Source: an uncultured Holophaga sp. (GTDB lineage: Bacteria; Acidobacteriota; Holophagae; Holophagales; Holophagaceae). Taken from it: a stretch of DNA of 64,000 bases. Location: assembly GCA_963664825.1 (NCBI GenBank), contig OY761614.1, forward strand, positions 3,008,001 to 3,072,000. The letters are read 5' to 3'. Below are positions 45,761 through 56,077 of this stretch, in pieces. The notes beneath the pieces were generated by a model that searched no databases, was not told the origin of the DNA, and saw nothing but the letters and a program-made list of their open reading frames with translations. The position numbers were made by a program, and so were the translations under genes. Within the stretch, counting starts at the first letter, position 1. The number at the start of each line of letters is the position of its first letter.

Positions 45761-46714
45761 TCACCTGATGGAGGACAGCCACTCCCGCTGGAGGTGCAAG
45801 TAGGGCTGGGGGTTCACGGGGCGACCATTGCGGCGCACTTCGTAATGAAGGTGCACGCCGGTGGCGTTTCCAGAACGTCCCATGGCTCCCAGGATATCGC
45901 CTCGCTGCACCTTCTGTCCCGGCTTTACCTCCACGCGCGACATGTGGGCATAGAGGGTCTCCACTTCGGGCGAGTGGCGGACGATGACTCCCCAGCCATA
46001 GCGATCCATCCATCCGGCGGATTCGACGACGCCATCGGCCGTGGTCTGGATGGGTGTGCCCAGGGCGTTGGTGATATCAAATCCGCTGTGGTAGCCCAGG
46101 AGGCCGTCTCCCGCCTCATTGGCCCGGGAAAAGGGGCTGATCCGGACCCCGAAGCCGGAACTGAGATAGCCCGCCGTCGGGGGGATGGAGGGCGTATGGT
46201 TCCAGCGGAGCACCAACGGTTCCATGCGGGCGCGGATCACCTGGGCCATGGCACTGGAATGTTCGAGATCTGCCCGCAGACGGCTCAGCTTGGCGCCGTC
46301 CGTGGGGGGCAGGGCCATGCCTTCTTTGGTGGGGGGCGGGATGAGATTGGGACCGGGGGTCTTGGCGTTGATCAGCGAGAAGAGATCGAGGACCTGTTTG
46401 CGGAGGGTGACGATCTCGCCCTCCAGGCCCTGGGCCTGATTGAGGCTTTCCCGGAGTTGCCGCTCCTGCTCGGTGGTCTCCCGTTGGAGATGGGAGAAGT
46501 TCATGATTTTTTTCGTGGCCCAGAATCCGTAGGCCGACCCGATCATAGCCACGGTCCAGACGCCCAGCACGATGCAGGCCGTCCGCACCAGCATCTTGCG
46601 GGCCATGGTCCAGCGGAAGGTACGGTGACTGAAGACGACCATCACCGTGAAGAACTGCTCCTGGTCCGGTCGGCTGAGTCGAAGGCCTCTGCGCGGGGGC
46701 GGTGGACTGGTCAT
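45761..46714 (-). CDS. M23 family metallopeptidase (TM, coiled coil, M23)
   Basis: HSGFD, YAHM and GNATGVHLHYEVR. Confidence 0.93.
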   Translation of the reverse strand: MTSPPPPRRGLRLSRPDQEQFFTVMVVFSHRTFRWTMARKMLVRTACIVLGVWTVAMIGSAYGFWATKKIMNFSHLQRETTEQERQLRESLNQAQGLEGEIVTLRKQVLDLFSLINAKTPGPNLIPPPTKEGMALPPTDGAKLSRLRADLEHSSAMAQVIRARMEPLVLRWNHTPSIPPTAGYLSSGFGVRISPFSRANEAGDGLLGYHSGFDITNALGTPIQTTADGVVESAGWMDRYGWGVIVRHSPEVETLYAHMSRVEVKPGQKVQRGDILGAMGRSGNATGVHLHYEVRRNGRPVNPQPYLHLQREWLSSIR

Positions 46715-46765
46715 GACTCCAAACTACGTGGGATGGAGCCCCCTGTCGACGCCGATTTTTTCATG

Positions 46766-47668
46766 TTACGTGAGACGGCGCGCCAGGAGCCATTCCGCCA
46801 GATGCCCTAGGAAAAAGATCGGACCCACCAGGCTGTTCAATGTGAAGAAGGCGTGATCGATGCGATCCAGGTTGCCTCCCCGGAGGACCCCGTGCTCCCG
46901 GACCAGGATGAGGGCTACCCCCAGCCAGGCCACCCAGGGCAGGAGATGGCAGCCCAACAGGAGGTTGAAGACCGCCCAGGAAGCCAGGGCGACCAGATGG
47001 AAGGCCCTCGACACCCAGAGGGCCCTGGCCGTGCCCAGTCGCGCCGGGATGGAGCACAATTCATGGGCCCGATCGAAACCCTCGTCCTGGAGGGCGTAGA
47101 GCACATCGAAGCCCGCCGTCCAGGTCAGGACGCCCAGGGCCAGGTACCAGGCCGGGGGATCCAGCTGTCCGGCCACGGCGATCCAGCCTCCCAGGGGGGC
47201 TCCCGCCAGGGCCAAGCCCAGTACCGCGTGGGAGAGGCTCGTGAAACGCTTGCAGAGGGAGTAGCCCAGGATGATCAGGAGGGCCAGGGGCGCCAGCTCC
47301 CAGGGCAGGGGGCCCAGCATGCCCGCCGCGAAGCCGAAGAGGGCGACGGAGGCCCCCAGCAGCAGCATGGCTCCGGTGCGGCTCACCCGAGCCGCGGGCA
47401 ACGCGCGGTCGCAGGTCCTGGGGTTGGCGGCATCCAGATCGGCGTCCACGAGGCGGTTGAAGGTCATCGCAGCGGTGCGTGCGCCCACCATGGCGGCCAG
47501 CACCCAGCCCAGGGTGCGCCATCCGGGGGGCACCGGGGAGGCTGATATCACCCCCAGGAACGCGAAGGGCAGCGCGAACACCGTGTGCTCGAACTTGATC
47601 ATGTCGAGGAGTTCGCGGGTTTGTTTGAAATAACTCAAGGCACGCACCTGTCCCGGATGGGTGAACAA
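46766..47668 (-). CDS. ubiA: UbiA-family polyprenyltransferase (MqnP-like)
   Basis: MIKFEHTVFALPFA, FNRLVD..LDAANPRT..R.LP and GFD.LYALQD..FD. Confidence 0.9.
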   Translation of the reverse strand: MFTHPGQVRALSYFKQTRELLDMIKFEHTVFALPFAFLGVISASPVPPGWRTLGWVLAAMVGARTAAMTFNRLVDADLDAANPRTCDRALPAARVSRTGAMLLLGASVALFGFAAGMLGPLPWELAPLALLIILGYSLCKRFTSLSHAVLGLALAGAPLGGWIAVAGQLDPPAWYLALGVLTWTAGFDVLYALQDEGFDRAHELCSIPARLGTARALWVSRAFHLVALASWAVFNLLLGCHLLPWVAWLGVALILVREHGVLRGGNLDRIDHAFFTLNSLVGPIFFLGHLAEWLLARRLT

Positions 47669-47829
47669 GCCTCAGGGCCTTGGCCGCTCCTGGGGGCGGC
47701 TTTCAATGTACCGCAGGTCCTCCGCTTATCCAGCATGGACATGCTCTGGGCGAGGGGGATGCCCGGCGGGAATGAAACTCTGCCCAGACGCCATTGGGCT
47801 CACGCTGAAATCAGGAACCAGCCCGAGGC

Positions 47830-48210
47830 CTAGAATAAATCCCCCAGGCAGGCGGCGATCTTGGCGGCCAGATCGTCGGGGGAGAAGGGCTTCACGAGGT
47901 AGTTGGCGGCCCCGCCGTGGATGAAGTCCAGGATGCGGGTGCGCTCGGATTCCGTGGTCAGCATCATCACGGGGATGGACTGGAAACGGGGGTCCTCCTT
48001 GATGGCCCGCAGGGTTTCGGCGCCGTCCATCTCGGGCATGTTCACATCCAGCACGACCAGGGCGATTTCGGAATACTGCTGCTCCAGCACGGCCAGGGCC
48101 TCCACCCCGTTGGAGGCCTCTGCGGTCTCCATGCCGAGGGTCGTGGCCACGCGCCCCACAATGCGCCTCATGGTGGCCGAATCATCCACGGATAGGATCT
48201 TGGTGGCCAT
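47830..48210 (-). CDS. cheY: Single-domain response regulator, CheY-like
   Basis: AGGAGG RBS; ILSVDDS, LDVNMPEMDG, MLTT, YLVKPF; ends the che cluster. Confidence 0.88.
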   Translation of the reverse strand: MATKILSVDDSATMRRIVGRVATTLGMETAEASNGVEALAVLEQQYSEIALVVLDVNMPEMDGAETLRAIKEDPRFQSIPVMMLTTESERTRILDFIHGGAANYLVKPFSPDDLAAKIAACLGDLF

Positions 48211-48218
48211 GGGTCCTC

Positions 48219-49067
48219 CTAGCCGATCCGGCTGCGATAGTAGGTGCCAGCGCCATGGGAGCGGGGTTCGAAGAGATCTGGGGAATTCTGGAGATTCTCC
48301 ACTGCGCTCGTGAAGAAGTAGCCCCCCTGGCTCGTCAGCTTGGCGATTCCCTCGAAGATCTTGCGTCTGAAGGCATCCGAGAAGTAGATCGTCACGTACC
48401 TGCAGAAGACGATATCGAAGTGCCCCAGGGGTTCCAGCGGATCCTGCAGATTGAACTTGTGCAGGGTGACCATCTTCTTCACCGCATCCTCCAGCACCCA
48501 GACCTGGCCTTCCTGCCTGAAGTAGCGGGTTCGGAGCGCGTCGGGCATGCCTCGCCCCAGGGCGGCGGCATCGTAGCGGGCCGCGCGGGCCAGGAAGAGG
48601 GCGGAAGGGGAAATGTCCGAGGCCATGATTTCGAATTGATCGGGCCGCAGACCGGGATGCTCCCGGCATAATTCCTGGATGGTGATGGCGATGGAGTAGG
48701 GCTCCTGCCCCGTGGAACTGGCCGCCGACCAGATGCGGATGCGGAAGCGCTGGCCCGCCAGGAGGCAGGCGGCGAATTCCGGCAACAGGACCTCCCGCAG
48801 GATCTGGAAGGGGTGGCCGTCGCGGAACCAGAGGGTCTCGTTGGTGGTCATGGCATCCACAATCTTGTCCCGCAGGGCCGTGCCCGTCTCGCTGGCGGCC
48901 ATGCGGTAGAAGGCGCCGTAGTCCGCGGAGCCCGTCTCCGCCAGCAATCCCGCCAGGCGCGTCTCGATGAGGTAGGCCTTCTCCTCCCCCAGCAGGATGC
49001 CGCAGGACTTCTCGATGTAGTCCCGCATGAACCGGAATTCGGTGGGCTGAATGGTCTCCGTCCCCAT
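48219..49067 (-). CDS. cheR: Chemotaxis methyltransferase
   Basis: TTNETLWFRD, RIWSAASSTGQEPYS, FDIVFCRYV.IYF. Confidence 0.95.
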   Translation of the reverse strand: MGTETIQPTEFRFMRDYIEKSCGILLGEEKAYLIETRLAGLLAETGSADYGAFYRMAASETGTALRDKIVDAMTTNETLWFRDGHPFQILREVLLPEFAACLLAGQRFRIRIWSAASSTGQEPYSIAITIQELCREHPGLRPDQFEIMASDISPSALFLARAARYDAAALGRGMPDALRTRYFRQEGQVWVLEDAVKKMVTLHKFNLQDPLEPLGHFDIVFCRYVTIYFSDAFRRKIFEGIAKLTSQGGYFFTSAVENLQNSPDLFEPRSHGAGTYYRSRIG

Positions 49068-49068
49068 G

Positions 49069-50193
49069 TCACCTTCCTCTCCAGGCCAGTTGGTTCACGC
49101 GGAACGCGAGCTGCGCCAGGGGCACGCGCTCGTCGGAGAGGCCCGCCTCGTCCACCGCCAGCGGCATGCCGTAGACCACGCAGCTCTCCGCGCTCTGGGT
49201 GAGGCAATGGCATCCTCGGCGCTTCATGGCGCGCACTCCCTCGCATCCATCGTTGCCCATCCCCGTCATGACCAGCGACAGGATGCCTCCCTGGTACTGG
49301 GCGGCGATGGAGCGGAAGAGGACATCCACCGAAGGACGGCAGCTGTTTTCCGGCGGGTTTTCGTTGAGCCCCACGATCATGGCCTCGGCATCGTCGGCGG
49401 CGCCGGGGCGCCTGCGGACGACCATGTGCCTGCCCCCGGGAGCGATGTAGATCCGACCGGGTTGGATGGCCTCGCCTTCCACGGCCTCGCAGACCCGCAG
49501 CTTGGAGCGCTTATCCAGATGCTCGGCCAGGGAGGCCGTGAAGCCCGGCGGCATGTGCTGGACCAGGAGCACGGGCATGGGGAAGTCCGCGGGCAGTTCC
49601 GGAATGAAATCGCCCAGCGCATTGGGGCCGCCAGTGGAAACCCCCACCCCTAGGACCTCGAAGCGCGCCGGATGAGGCGTCGGGCGGGGGGGCGGGAGGA
49701 CGGGAGGCGGAGCCTGGCTGGGCAGCGAGGCGGCCCTGGCGTTGGCATCCGGAGGCGCCAGGGGCTCCGAGCGGAGATTGCGTCGGGTGCGCACATGGCG
49801 AAACAGGGGCTTCAGGGCTTCCTTGAGTTCCTGGCTGCTGGATTCCGGATCATGGCCTTCGGGCTTCCGGATGAAATCCAGGGCGCCGTCGGCCAGGGCC
49901 CTGATGGTGGCATCGGCGGCCCGGGCGCTCTGGCCGCTGATCATCACGACCGAGACCTCCGGGTGCCGTTGACGGATGTGCTTGAGGGTTTCCAGGCCAT
50001 CCATCTCGGGCATCTCGAGATCCAGCAGCACCAGGTCCATGGGGCCCTGTTCCAGGCGGGCCAGGGCCAGCCGCCCATGGGGAGCCGTGGCCACCACCTC
50101 CGCGTCGCCGATGCTCTCGATGACATCCGAGAGAATGCGGCGATAGGTCACGGTGTCATCGACGACCATCACGCGAAGGGGGGCCAGGCTCAT
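49069..50193 (-). CDS. cheB: Chemotaxis methylesterase (REC-CheB)
   Basis: GVSTGG, VQHMP, RPSVDVLF, MTGMGNDG. Confidence 0.96.
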   Translation of the reverse strand: MSLAPLRVMVVDDTVTYRRILSDVIESIGDAEVVATAPHGRLALARLEQGPMDLVLLDLEMPEMDGLETLKHIRQRHPEVSVVMISGQSARAADATIRALADGALDFIRKPEGHDPESSSQELKEALKPLFRHVRTRRNLRSEPLAPPDANARAASLPSQAPPPVLPPPRPTPHPARFEVLGVGVSTGGPNALGDFIPELPADFPMPVLLVQHMPPGFTASLAEHLDKRSKLRVCEAVEGEAIQPGRIYIAPGGRHMVVRRRPGAADDAEAMIVGLNENPPENSCRPSVDVLFRSIAAQYQGGILSLVMTGMGNDGCEGVRAMKRRGCHCLTQSAESCVVYGMPLAVDEAGLSDERVPLAQLAFRVNQLAWRGR

Positions 50194-50202
50194 GGGTTCG
50201 GC

Positions 50203-52506
50203 CTAGAGCTTGAAGCGGGCGACGTTTTGCTGGAGCTTCTCGGCCAGACGGGCCAGCTCCTTGGAGGCGTTATTGGTGTCTCCGGCGCCGCGAGTCGTAT
50301 CCCGGGCCGCGGTATTGACCAGGGCCACGTTGCGAGCCACATCGTTCATGCCCTTGGAGGCTTCTCCGGCATTCTTCGCCACGTCTCCGGCCCCGGTGGC
50401 CAGCTGGTTGATGTTGCGCGAAATATCGGTCACCCCCTTCACGGCCTCCTGCACGTTGCGGGAGACTTCGTTGGTGCCTGCGGCGGCCTGCTGGACGTTG
50501 CGGGCCACCTCGGCGGCTCCCCGAGCGGCATAGCCGACATTCTTGGAGATCTCGTTGGTGGTGGCGGTCTGTTCCTCCACGGCCGCGGCGATGGTCCCGG
50601 AAATATTATTGATCTCGTTGATGATGGTCACGATCTCGTCGATGGCCTTCACGGCCTGCTGGGTGTTGCCCTGCATGCCTTCCACCTGGGCCCGGATTTC
50701 TTCGGTGGCGCTGGCGGTCTGTTTGGCCAGTTCCTTCACTTCGTTGGCCACCACCGCGAACCCCTTGCCGGCCTCCCCGGCGCTGGCGGCCTCGATGGTC
50801 GCGTTCAGGGCGAGCAGATTGGTTTGGGCCGCAATGCCCTTGATCATGTCGACCACCTTGCCGATCTCCTGGGCGCTCTTGCCCAGCATATTGACGGTCT
50901 GGGCGGTGTTTCCAGCGTTCATGGCGGCGCGGCTGGCCACCGTGGCGGCCTGGCCTGAATTCTTGGAGACCTCGTTGAGGCTCACGCTCATCTCCTCGAT
51001 GGCGGTGGCCACGGTGTTGACGGAGCTGGTCATCTGCTCGGTAGAGGCCGCGATGGTCTTCATGTTCGAAGACATCTGCTCCACCGCCGCGCCCACGGTG
51101 CGCAGGTTCGCCGTCACCTCTTCGGAGGCCGCCGCTACGGTGTTGGCGTTGGCGCTCATCTCCTCTACGCCTGCGGCCATGTTCTTCACATTGGCCGAGG
51201 CCTGTTCGGTTCCCGCAGCCGCCGTATTGGCCTGCTGGGTCATCTGCTCGGCGCTTCCGGCCATGGTTGCGGAGGTCGCCGTCAGTTCGTCGGCGGAACT
51301 GGCCAGCGTGTTGGACGCCCCGCTGATCTCGGTAAGCGTCTGGGCCAGTTTTGTCGCGCTGTTATTCACCGCGTTGCGCAGCACCTGGAGATCGCCTCGG
51401 TATTCGGTTGTGATCCGAGCCGTGAGATCCCCCTGCTCGATGGCCCCCATGATCCGCTGCACTTCATTGATGGGATTGATGACGCCATCCAGGGTGTCAT
51501 TCACGCCCTGCACGATGCGACGGAAATCTCCCTGATGCTGGGTGGCGTCGGCTCGGGTGGCGAGCTTGCCCTCGATGGCCGCCTTGCTCAGCATGGTCGC
51601 CTCGGACACCAGCGCGAGTAGATTGGTGCGGACCATCTTCAGGGCCGGCGCGATCTCGTCCTGGGCGTCGGCCGCCATCCATTCCCGGTTGAGGTCGCCC
51701 TTGGCGATCTCCTGGAGCCCGTTGACCATGTTCTGCAAAATATTCGTGAAGCCATCCATGGCCCCAGCCAGTTCGCCGATCTCGTCCTTGCGCTCCAGCT
51801 TCAGGCGAATACTGAGATGGCCCTTGGCCATCTCGTTCATCATGTCCACGCCCTGCTTCAGGGGTGTGGCGATGGACCGGGCGATGATGACCCCCAGGCC
51901 CGCGGCGAGGGCCGCAGCCACCAGCATCATGAGGTACATGGCGTTCTTGGATGCATGATAGTTGGCGGTGTTTTCGTCGGCGATTTTTTTCGCCAGTTTC
52001 GTCTTGGCTTCCTGCATTTCGTCGAAGATCTTGTTCTGCTCCTGCTGCAGCCTGTCCTGCTCCCCGTACATCAGGCCCTCGGCTTCGCCCTTCTTGCCGG
52101 TCCGCATTAAATCCAAGATCTTTTTGTTGATATCAATGATCCCAGCCTGAGTTTCCTTGTAGCGCCTCCAGAGGACCTTCCCTTCATCGGTCACGAGGGT
52201 TTTTTCGAAGGACTCCTCCGCCTTGGTCCTTTCGGCGATGCGATCGGTGATGCGCTTGTTGTAGGTCTCGAAATCCTTGCCTAGCAGGATGTCCCGCATA
52301 TTGGCCCGGATGCGCAAGGTGGCCGCGCTGATATCCACCCAGTCGCTGAGTGGGACCGCGCCCTTTTCGAAGAGCATGGTGTCGGCATCATCGGCCGCCT
52401 GCATCTTGGAGATGGCGAAGAATCCGACGATGACGGCCAGGGAGGCCGTGATCAGGAAGGATGCGATGAGTTTGGGACCCATCTTGATGTTGTCGAGGAA
52501 TTGCAT
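50203..52506 (-). CDS. Methyl-accepting chemotaxis protein
   Basis: Two TM segments, HAMP domains and hairpin tip [34 protein letters not shown]. Confidence 0.97.
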   Translation of the reverse strand: MQFLDNIKMGPKLIASFLITASLAVIVGFFAISKMQAADDADTMLFEKGAVPLSDWVDISAATLRIRANMRDILLGKDFETYNKRITDRIAERTKAEESFEKTLVTDEGKVLWRRYKETQAGIIDINKKILDLMRTGKKGEAEGLMYGEQDRLQQEQNKIFDEMQEAKTKLAKKIADENTANYHASKNAMYLMMLVAAALAAGLGVIIARSIATPLKQGVDMMNEMAKGHLSIRLKLERKDEIGELAGAMDGFTNILQNMVNGLQEIAKGDLNREWMAADAQDEIAPALKMVRTNLLALVSEATMLSKAAIEGKLATRADATQHQGDFRRIVQGVNDTLDGVINPINEVQRIMGAIEQGDLTARITTEYRGDLQVLRNAVNNSATKLAQTLTEISGASNTLASSADELTATSATMAGSAEQMTQQANTAAAGTEQASANVKNMAAGVEEMSANANTVAAASEEVTANLRTVGAAVEQMSSNMKTIAASTEQMTSSVNTVATAIEEMSVSLNEVSKNSGQAATVASRAAMNAGNTAQTVNMLGKSAQEIGKVVDMIKGIAAQTNLLALNATIEAASAGEAGKGFAVVANEVKELAKQTASATEEIRAQVEGMQGNTQQAVKAIDEIVTIINEINNISGTIAAAVEEQTATTNEISKNVGYAARGAAEVARNVQQAAAGTNEVSRNVQEAVKGVTDISRNINQLATGAGDVAKNAGEASKGMNDVARNVALVNTAARDTTRGAGDTNNASKELARLAEKLQQNVARFKL

Positions 52507-52587
52507 GGGATGCTCCTGGTCTTGGGTTGTCGCGGATGGAGGAAGGCGTCTGGAGGAAAGGGAAGGGGCGCTCAGGGTTTTTGCGAC

Positions 52588-53037
52588 CTAGCCGCTGGAT
52601 AACAGTTCCTGGAGGTTCAGCAGCACCAGGAGGCCCGCATCGGTCTTGAGGACGCCGGAGAGGAAGTGCTCCTCGGCATCCGTGAGATTGGCCGGGGGCG
52701 CCTCGGCCAGGGCGGCTTCGGCCTCCACCACGTCCCCGATGGCGTCCACTAGCAGGCCCATGAGGTCCTGGGTGTGCCCGTTGGATTGGGCGGCGTTGGC
52801 GCCCTGTTTGAGGATCACGATGTGGCTGGAGTCCTTCACCGGCAGGGGCTCATGCCCCAACCGTACGGACAGGTCCAGGATGGTCACGATCTGGCCCCGG
52901 AGATTGATGAGGCCCCGGATATGGGCTTCGGCCCGGGGTACGGGTGTGATGGTGAAGACTCGGATGATCTCCCGGACCCCGAGGATATCGAGCCCGTAGA
53001 GGCGATCCCCCACGCGAAAGGTCGCGAATTGGCTCAT
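52588..53037 (-). CDS. cheW: Chemotaxis coupling protein
   Basis: VREII....ITPVP.A...IRGLINLRGQIVTILDL. Confidence 0.95.
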   Translation of the reverse strand: MSQFATFRVGDRLYGLDILGVREIIRVFTITPVPRAEAHIRGLINLRGQIVTILDLSVRLGHEPLPVKDSSHIVILKQGANAAQSNGHTQDLMGLLVDAIGDVVEAEAALAEAPPANLTDAEEHFLSGVLKTDAGLLVLLNLQELLSSG

Positions 53038-55751
53038 GCGGCATCTCCTCCCAGGAGGCCCGCCGCCTTCAGGAGACTGACGGGATCGATGAAGAGTGTC
53101 AGGTGCCCCTGCACTACGGCCGAACCCAAGAGGCCGGGCCCCTTGAAGGCCACGGCCTTCAGCTCCACTTCCACATCGAGGGCGTCCAGGATCTCCGAGA
53201 TGAGGATGCCCGCCGAAGGGCGTACCGTGGAGCTCTGACCGGGGATCTTGGGGATCACCAGGAAGAGTTCCTCCAGGTCATCTCGCAGGGGCCGCACTTC
53301 CATGTGCTGATCCAGGCGCACCAAGGGCAGCCCCTCGCCGCGGTATTCGATGTACTCCCGGTCTCCGATGAGTTCGATCTTGCTCTTCAGGATGCGCTCC
53401 AGGCGCAGGACATGATCCTGGGGCACGGTGAAACGCTCTCCGGTGGCGGCCTCGAACAGGATCACGGAGCGGCGTCTGGAAGCCTTGAGGGCGGCATTGA
53501 GTTTCTCCTCTTCGGCTCTGCGCAATTCCTCGGCCTGGAGATCGGTGAAATGGAGATTGGCCACGGTGGCAAGACCTCCTCCGTCCAGGATCATGATCAC
53601 CCGGCCATCACCCAGGATCGTGGCGCCGCTGAAGCACTTGGTGCCCTGGATGAAACCCGAGAGGGGTTTCACGACGATCTCCTCGATATCGAAGAGCTCG
53701 TCGACGATGACGCCATAGTGGTTCTTGCCCACCCGCAGCACGATGATGTTGTGATCGGTGCGCCAATCGGTACGGCGATCCTCGCTCCTGCCCGAGACTT
53801 CTTGCAGGGCCTTGTCCTCTTCCGTGCGGCGATCGGCCAGGGACTGTCGACGATCCGGGACCGCCAGGCCCGTCTCGGGATCATGGAAGATGCGCTGGAT
53901 CTCCAGCACATCGGCCAGGCGCACCAGGGGCAGGAGCTTGTCGCGCAGGCGTAGCACAAGGGCGCCCTGCACATGCTCGATGCGCTGAGCGACCTCGGAG
54001 GCCTTCACCCACACGAATTCGACGACATTCACCTGGGGGATGGCGAAGCGATGATCGGCGACCCCCACGATCATGGAGGGGATGATCGCCAGGGTGAGCG
54101 GCAGGCGCAGGCGCACGGTGGTGCCCATGCCCACCTCGGTCTCCATCTCCACATGGCCGCCCAGCTTTTCCACATTGGTGCGCACCACGTCCATGCCCAC
54201 GCCCCGGCCCGAGATTTCGGAGACCTGTTCGGCCATGGAGAAGCCGGGGGCAAAGACCAGATGGATGATCTCCCGGTCGGTCATCTCCGCGGCCTGGGCC
54301 TTGGTGACGAGCCCCTTGGCGAGGGCCTTGGCCAAGACCTTCTTGGCATCGATGCCCCGGCCATCGTCGTGGATGGCGATATTGATTTGGCCCCCTTCGT
54401 GGAAGGCATGGAGGTGGATGGTCCCTGTGGGATTCTTCCGGGCCTTTTTGCGCTCGGCGGGACTCTCGATGGCGTGATCGGCGCAGTTGCGGATGATGTG
54501 GGTGAGGGGGTCCACCAGCATTTCCACGATGGACTTGTCCAGTTCGACCTCGGCGCCCTCGATCTTGACTTCGATCTGCTTGTCGAGCTGGCGGCTCATA
54601 TCCCGGATGATGCGGGGGAAGCGGCTGAAGACCGTCCCGATGGGCTGCATGCGGGTCTGCATGATCCCCTCCTGCATCTCCGTCGTGACCTGGTTGACGT
54701 TTTGCAGGATGGCTCCCAGGCCCGGAATTTCGTGCCGATAGTCCGTGACGGCCCGCACCAGCTGGTTGCGTCCGAGGACAAGTTCCCCGGCGAGGTTCAT
54801 GAGGTTGGTGAGCAAGTCCACCCGCACGCGAAGGGTCTCGTTGCCGCCCTCTTTGGCCTTGTCCCGAGGGGCTTTGTCATCGATCAGGACCCCGGCTTCG
54901 ACTTCGGTTTCGGGGGGCAGGATCTCGGGCACTTCGGGGATCAGGAGGGTTTCGGCTTTGGCTTTGGCCTTGGCCTTGGCCTTGACTTCCTCTCGCAGGG
55001 CCTCCAGTTCCAGCACCTTGATTTGTGTTTCGGGCAGCTTGAGTCCCAGGGCCGCAAGGTCTGGTTCCAGCACGGTGGCGAAGAGCAGCGTCACGGGCAG
55101 GTCCTGTTCCAGGCAGTGTTCCAGATCGGCGATGGCCTCGATATCGATGAAGGCATCCAGGCAGGTGCCCACGGAGAGGGCGTTATTGAGGAAGGCCAGG
55201 GGGGTGAGCCCCTTGTCCTTGATATCGCGATGGAGGAAGGCGATGGCCCGGAAGATATTCATGCCTCGGCGCAGGGCCGAACGCACGCTCTCGGCATCGA
55301 GATCGAAGTCCCGCTGGGTGCCCTTCTCCCGGCCCTTCACCCTTTCGCCGAGGACCAGTCCCTGACCGCTCAGGATGGCTTCCAGGGAGGCCAGTTCCTG
55401 GGCGAAGGGCACGCTATCGCTGGCTTCGATATCGTCGAGCATGGCCTTGAGGCAATCCAGGCTGGCAAAGACCACATCCATGAGTTCAGCTGAGACCTGG
55501 AGTTTGCCGTCCCTCACCTGCATGAGCACGCCTTCCATGGCGTGGCTCAGCTTCTTGAGGGCCTCAAAGGCGAAGAAACCGGCGCCCCCCTTGATGGAAT
55601 GGATGGCACGGAAGACCCGGTTGATGACTTCGGCGCTGACCTTCGCCCCCTCTTGTTCCATGAGGAGCAGGTCGGGTTCGATGGTCGCCAGATGTTCGCG
55701 GCTTTCGGCCACGAAATCCGAGATGATGCTTTCGTCGGCGAAGCTACTCAT
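53034..55751 (-). CDS. cheA: Chemotaxis histidine kinase
   Basis: HPt FRAIHSIKG, LMNLAGELV, HIIRN..DH, DDGRG, SGRGVGMDVV; two CheW-like domains. Confidence 0.97.
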   Translation of the reverse strand: MSSFADESIISDFVAESREHLATIEPDLLLMEQEGAKVSAEVINRVFRAIHSIKGGAGFFAFEALKKLSHAMEGVLMQVRDGKLQVSAELMDVVFASLDCLKAMLDDIEASDSVPFAQELASLEAILSGQGLVLGERVKGREKGTQRDFDLDAESVRSALRRGMNIFRAIAFLHRDIKDKGLTPLAFLNNALSVGTCLDAFIDIEAIADLEHCLEQDLPVTLLFATVLEPDLAALGLKLPETQIKVLELEALREEVKAKAKAKAKAETLLIPEVPEILPPETEVEAGVLIDDKAPRDKAKEGGNETLRVRVDLLTNLMNLAGELVLGRNQLVRAVTDYRHEIPGLGAILQNVNQVTTEMQEGIMQTRMQPIGTVFSRFPRIIRDMSRQLDKQIEVKIEGAEVELDKSIVEMLVDPLTHIIRNCADHAIESPAERKKARKNPTGTIHLHAFHEGGQINIAIHDDGRGIDAKKVLAKALAKGLVTKAQAAEMTDREIIHLVFAPGFSMAEQVSEISGRGVGMDVVRTNVEKLGGHVEMETEVGMGTTVRLRLPLTLAIIPSMIVGVADHRFAIPQVNVVEFVWVKASEVAQRIEHVQGALVLRLRDKLLPLVRLADVLEIQRIFHDPETGLAVPDRRQSLADRRTEEDKALQEVSGRSEDRRTDWRTDHNIIVLRVGKNHYGVIVDELFDIEEIVVKPLSGFIQGTKCFSGATILGDGRVIMILDGGGLATVANLHFTDLQAEELRRAEEEKLNAALKASRRRSVILFEAATGERFTVPQDHVLRLERILKSKIELIGDREYIEYRGEGLPLVRLDQHMEVRPLRDDLEELFLVIPKIPGQSSTVRPSAGILISEILDALDVEVELKAVAFKGPGLLGSAVVQGHLTLFIDPVSLLKAAGLLGGDAA

Positions 55752-56076
55752 GGGTGGCCTCCACGACGGGGAAGAACTTCGTCAGGTTGAAGAGTTTGAA
55801 GACCCGCATCAGATCGGCATTGGTCCCCTCGATGGAAAATGCGAGTTCCTTCTTCTGACAGCTCTTGAAGAGCCCCAACACCAGCGTGATGCCCAGGGAA
55901 TCGATCTGCTTGGAAGAGGATAGATCCAACACCACCGCCTCTTTGGCGGCATCCATGGCCTTGAGCATGGCGCTGCGCAGGAGCTCGACGGTGCTGGCCA
56001 CCAGATCCCCATTGGGATTGAGGCGCACCGTTCCATCGGTCTTCTGGGTCTTCATGGGGGATTTCCCTGCGGCCAT
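55744..56076 (-). CDS. STAS-domain anti-sigma-factor antagonist (start 56076 or 56055)
   Basis: G.L.......LR, VVLDLS....IDSLGI with the conserved phospho-acceptor Ser. Confidence 0.9.
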   Translation of the reverse strand: MAAGKSPMKTQKTDGTVRLNPNGDLVASTVELLRSAMLKAMDAAKEAVVLDLSSSKQIDSLGITLVLGLFKSCQKKELAFSIEGTNADLMRVFKLFNLTKFFPVVEATHE

Positions 56077-56077
56077 G

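Noticed and set aside
47669..47829. SAM riboswitch or 6S-like RNA upstream of the UbiA-family gene
   Set aside because: CTTATCCAG is on the wrong strand and the other conserved elements are absent.
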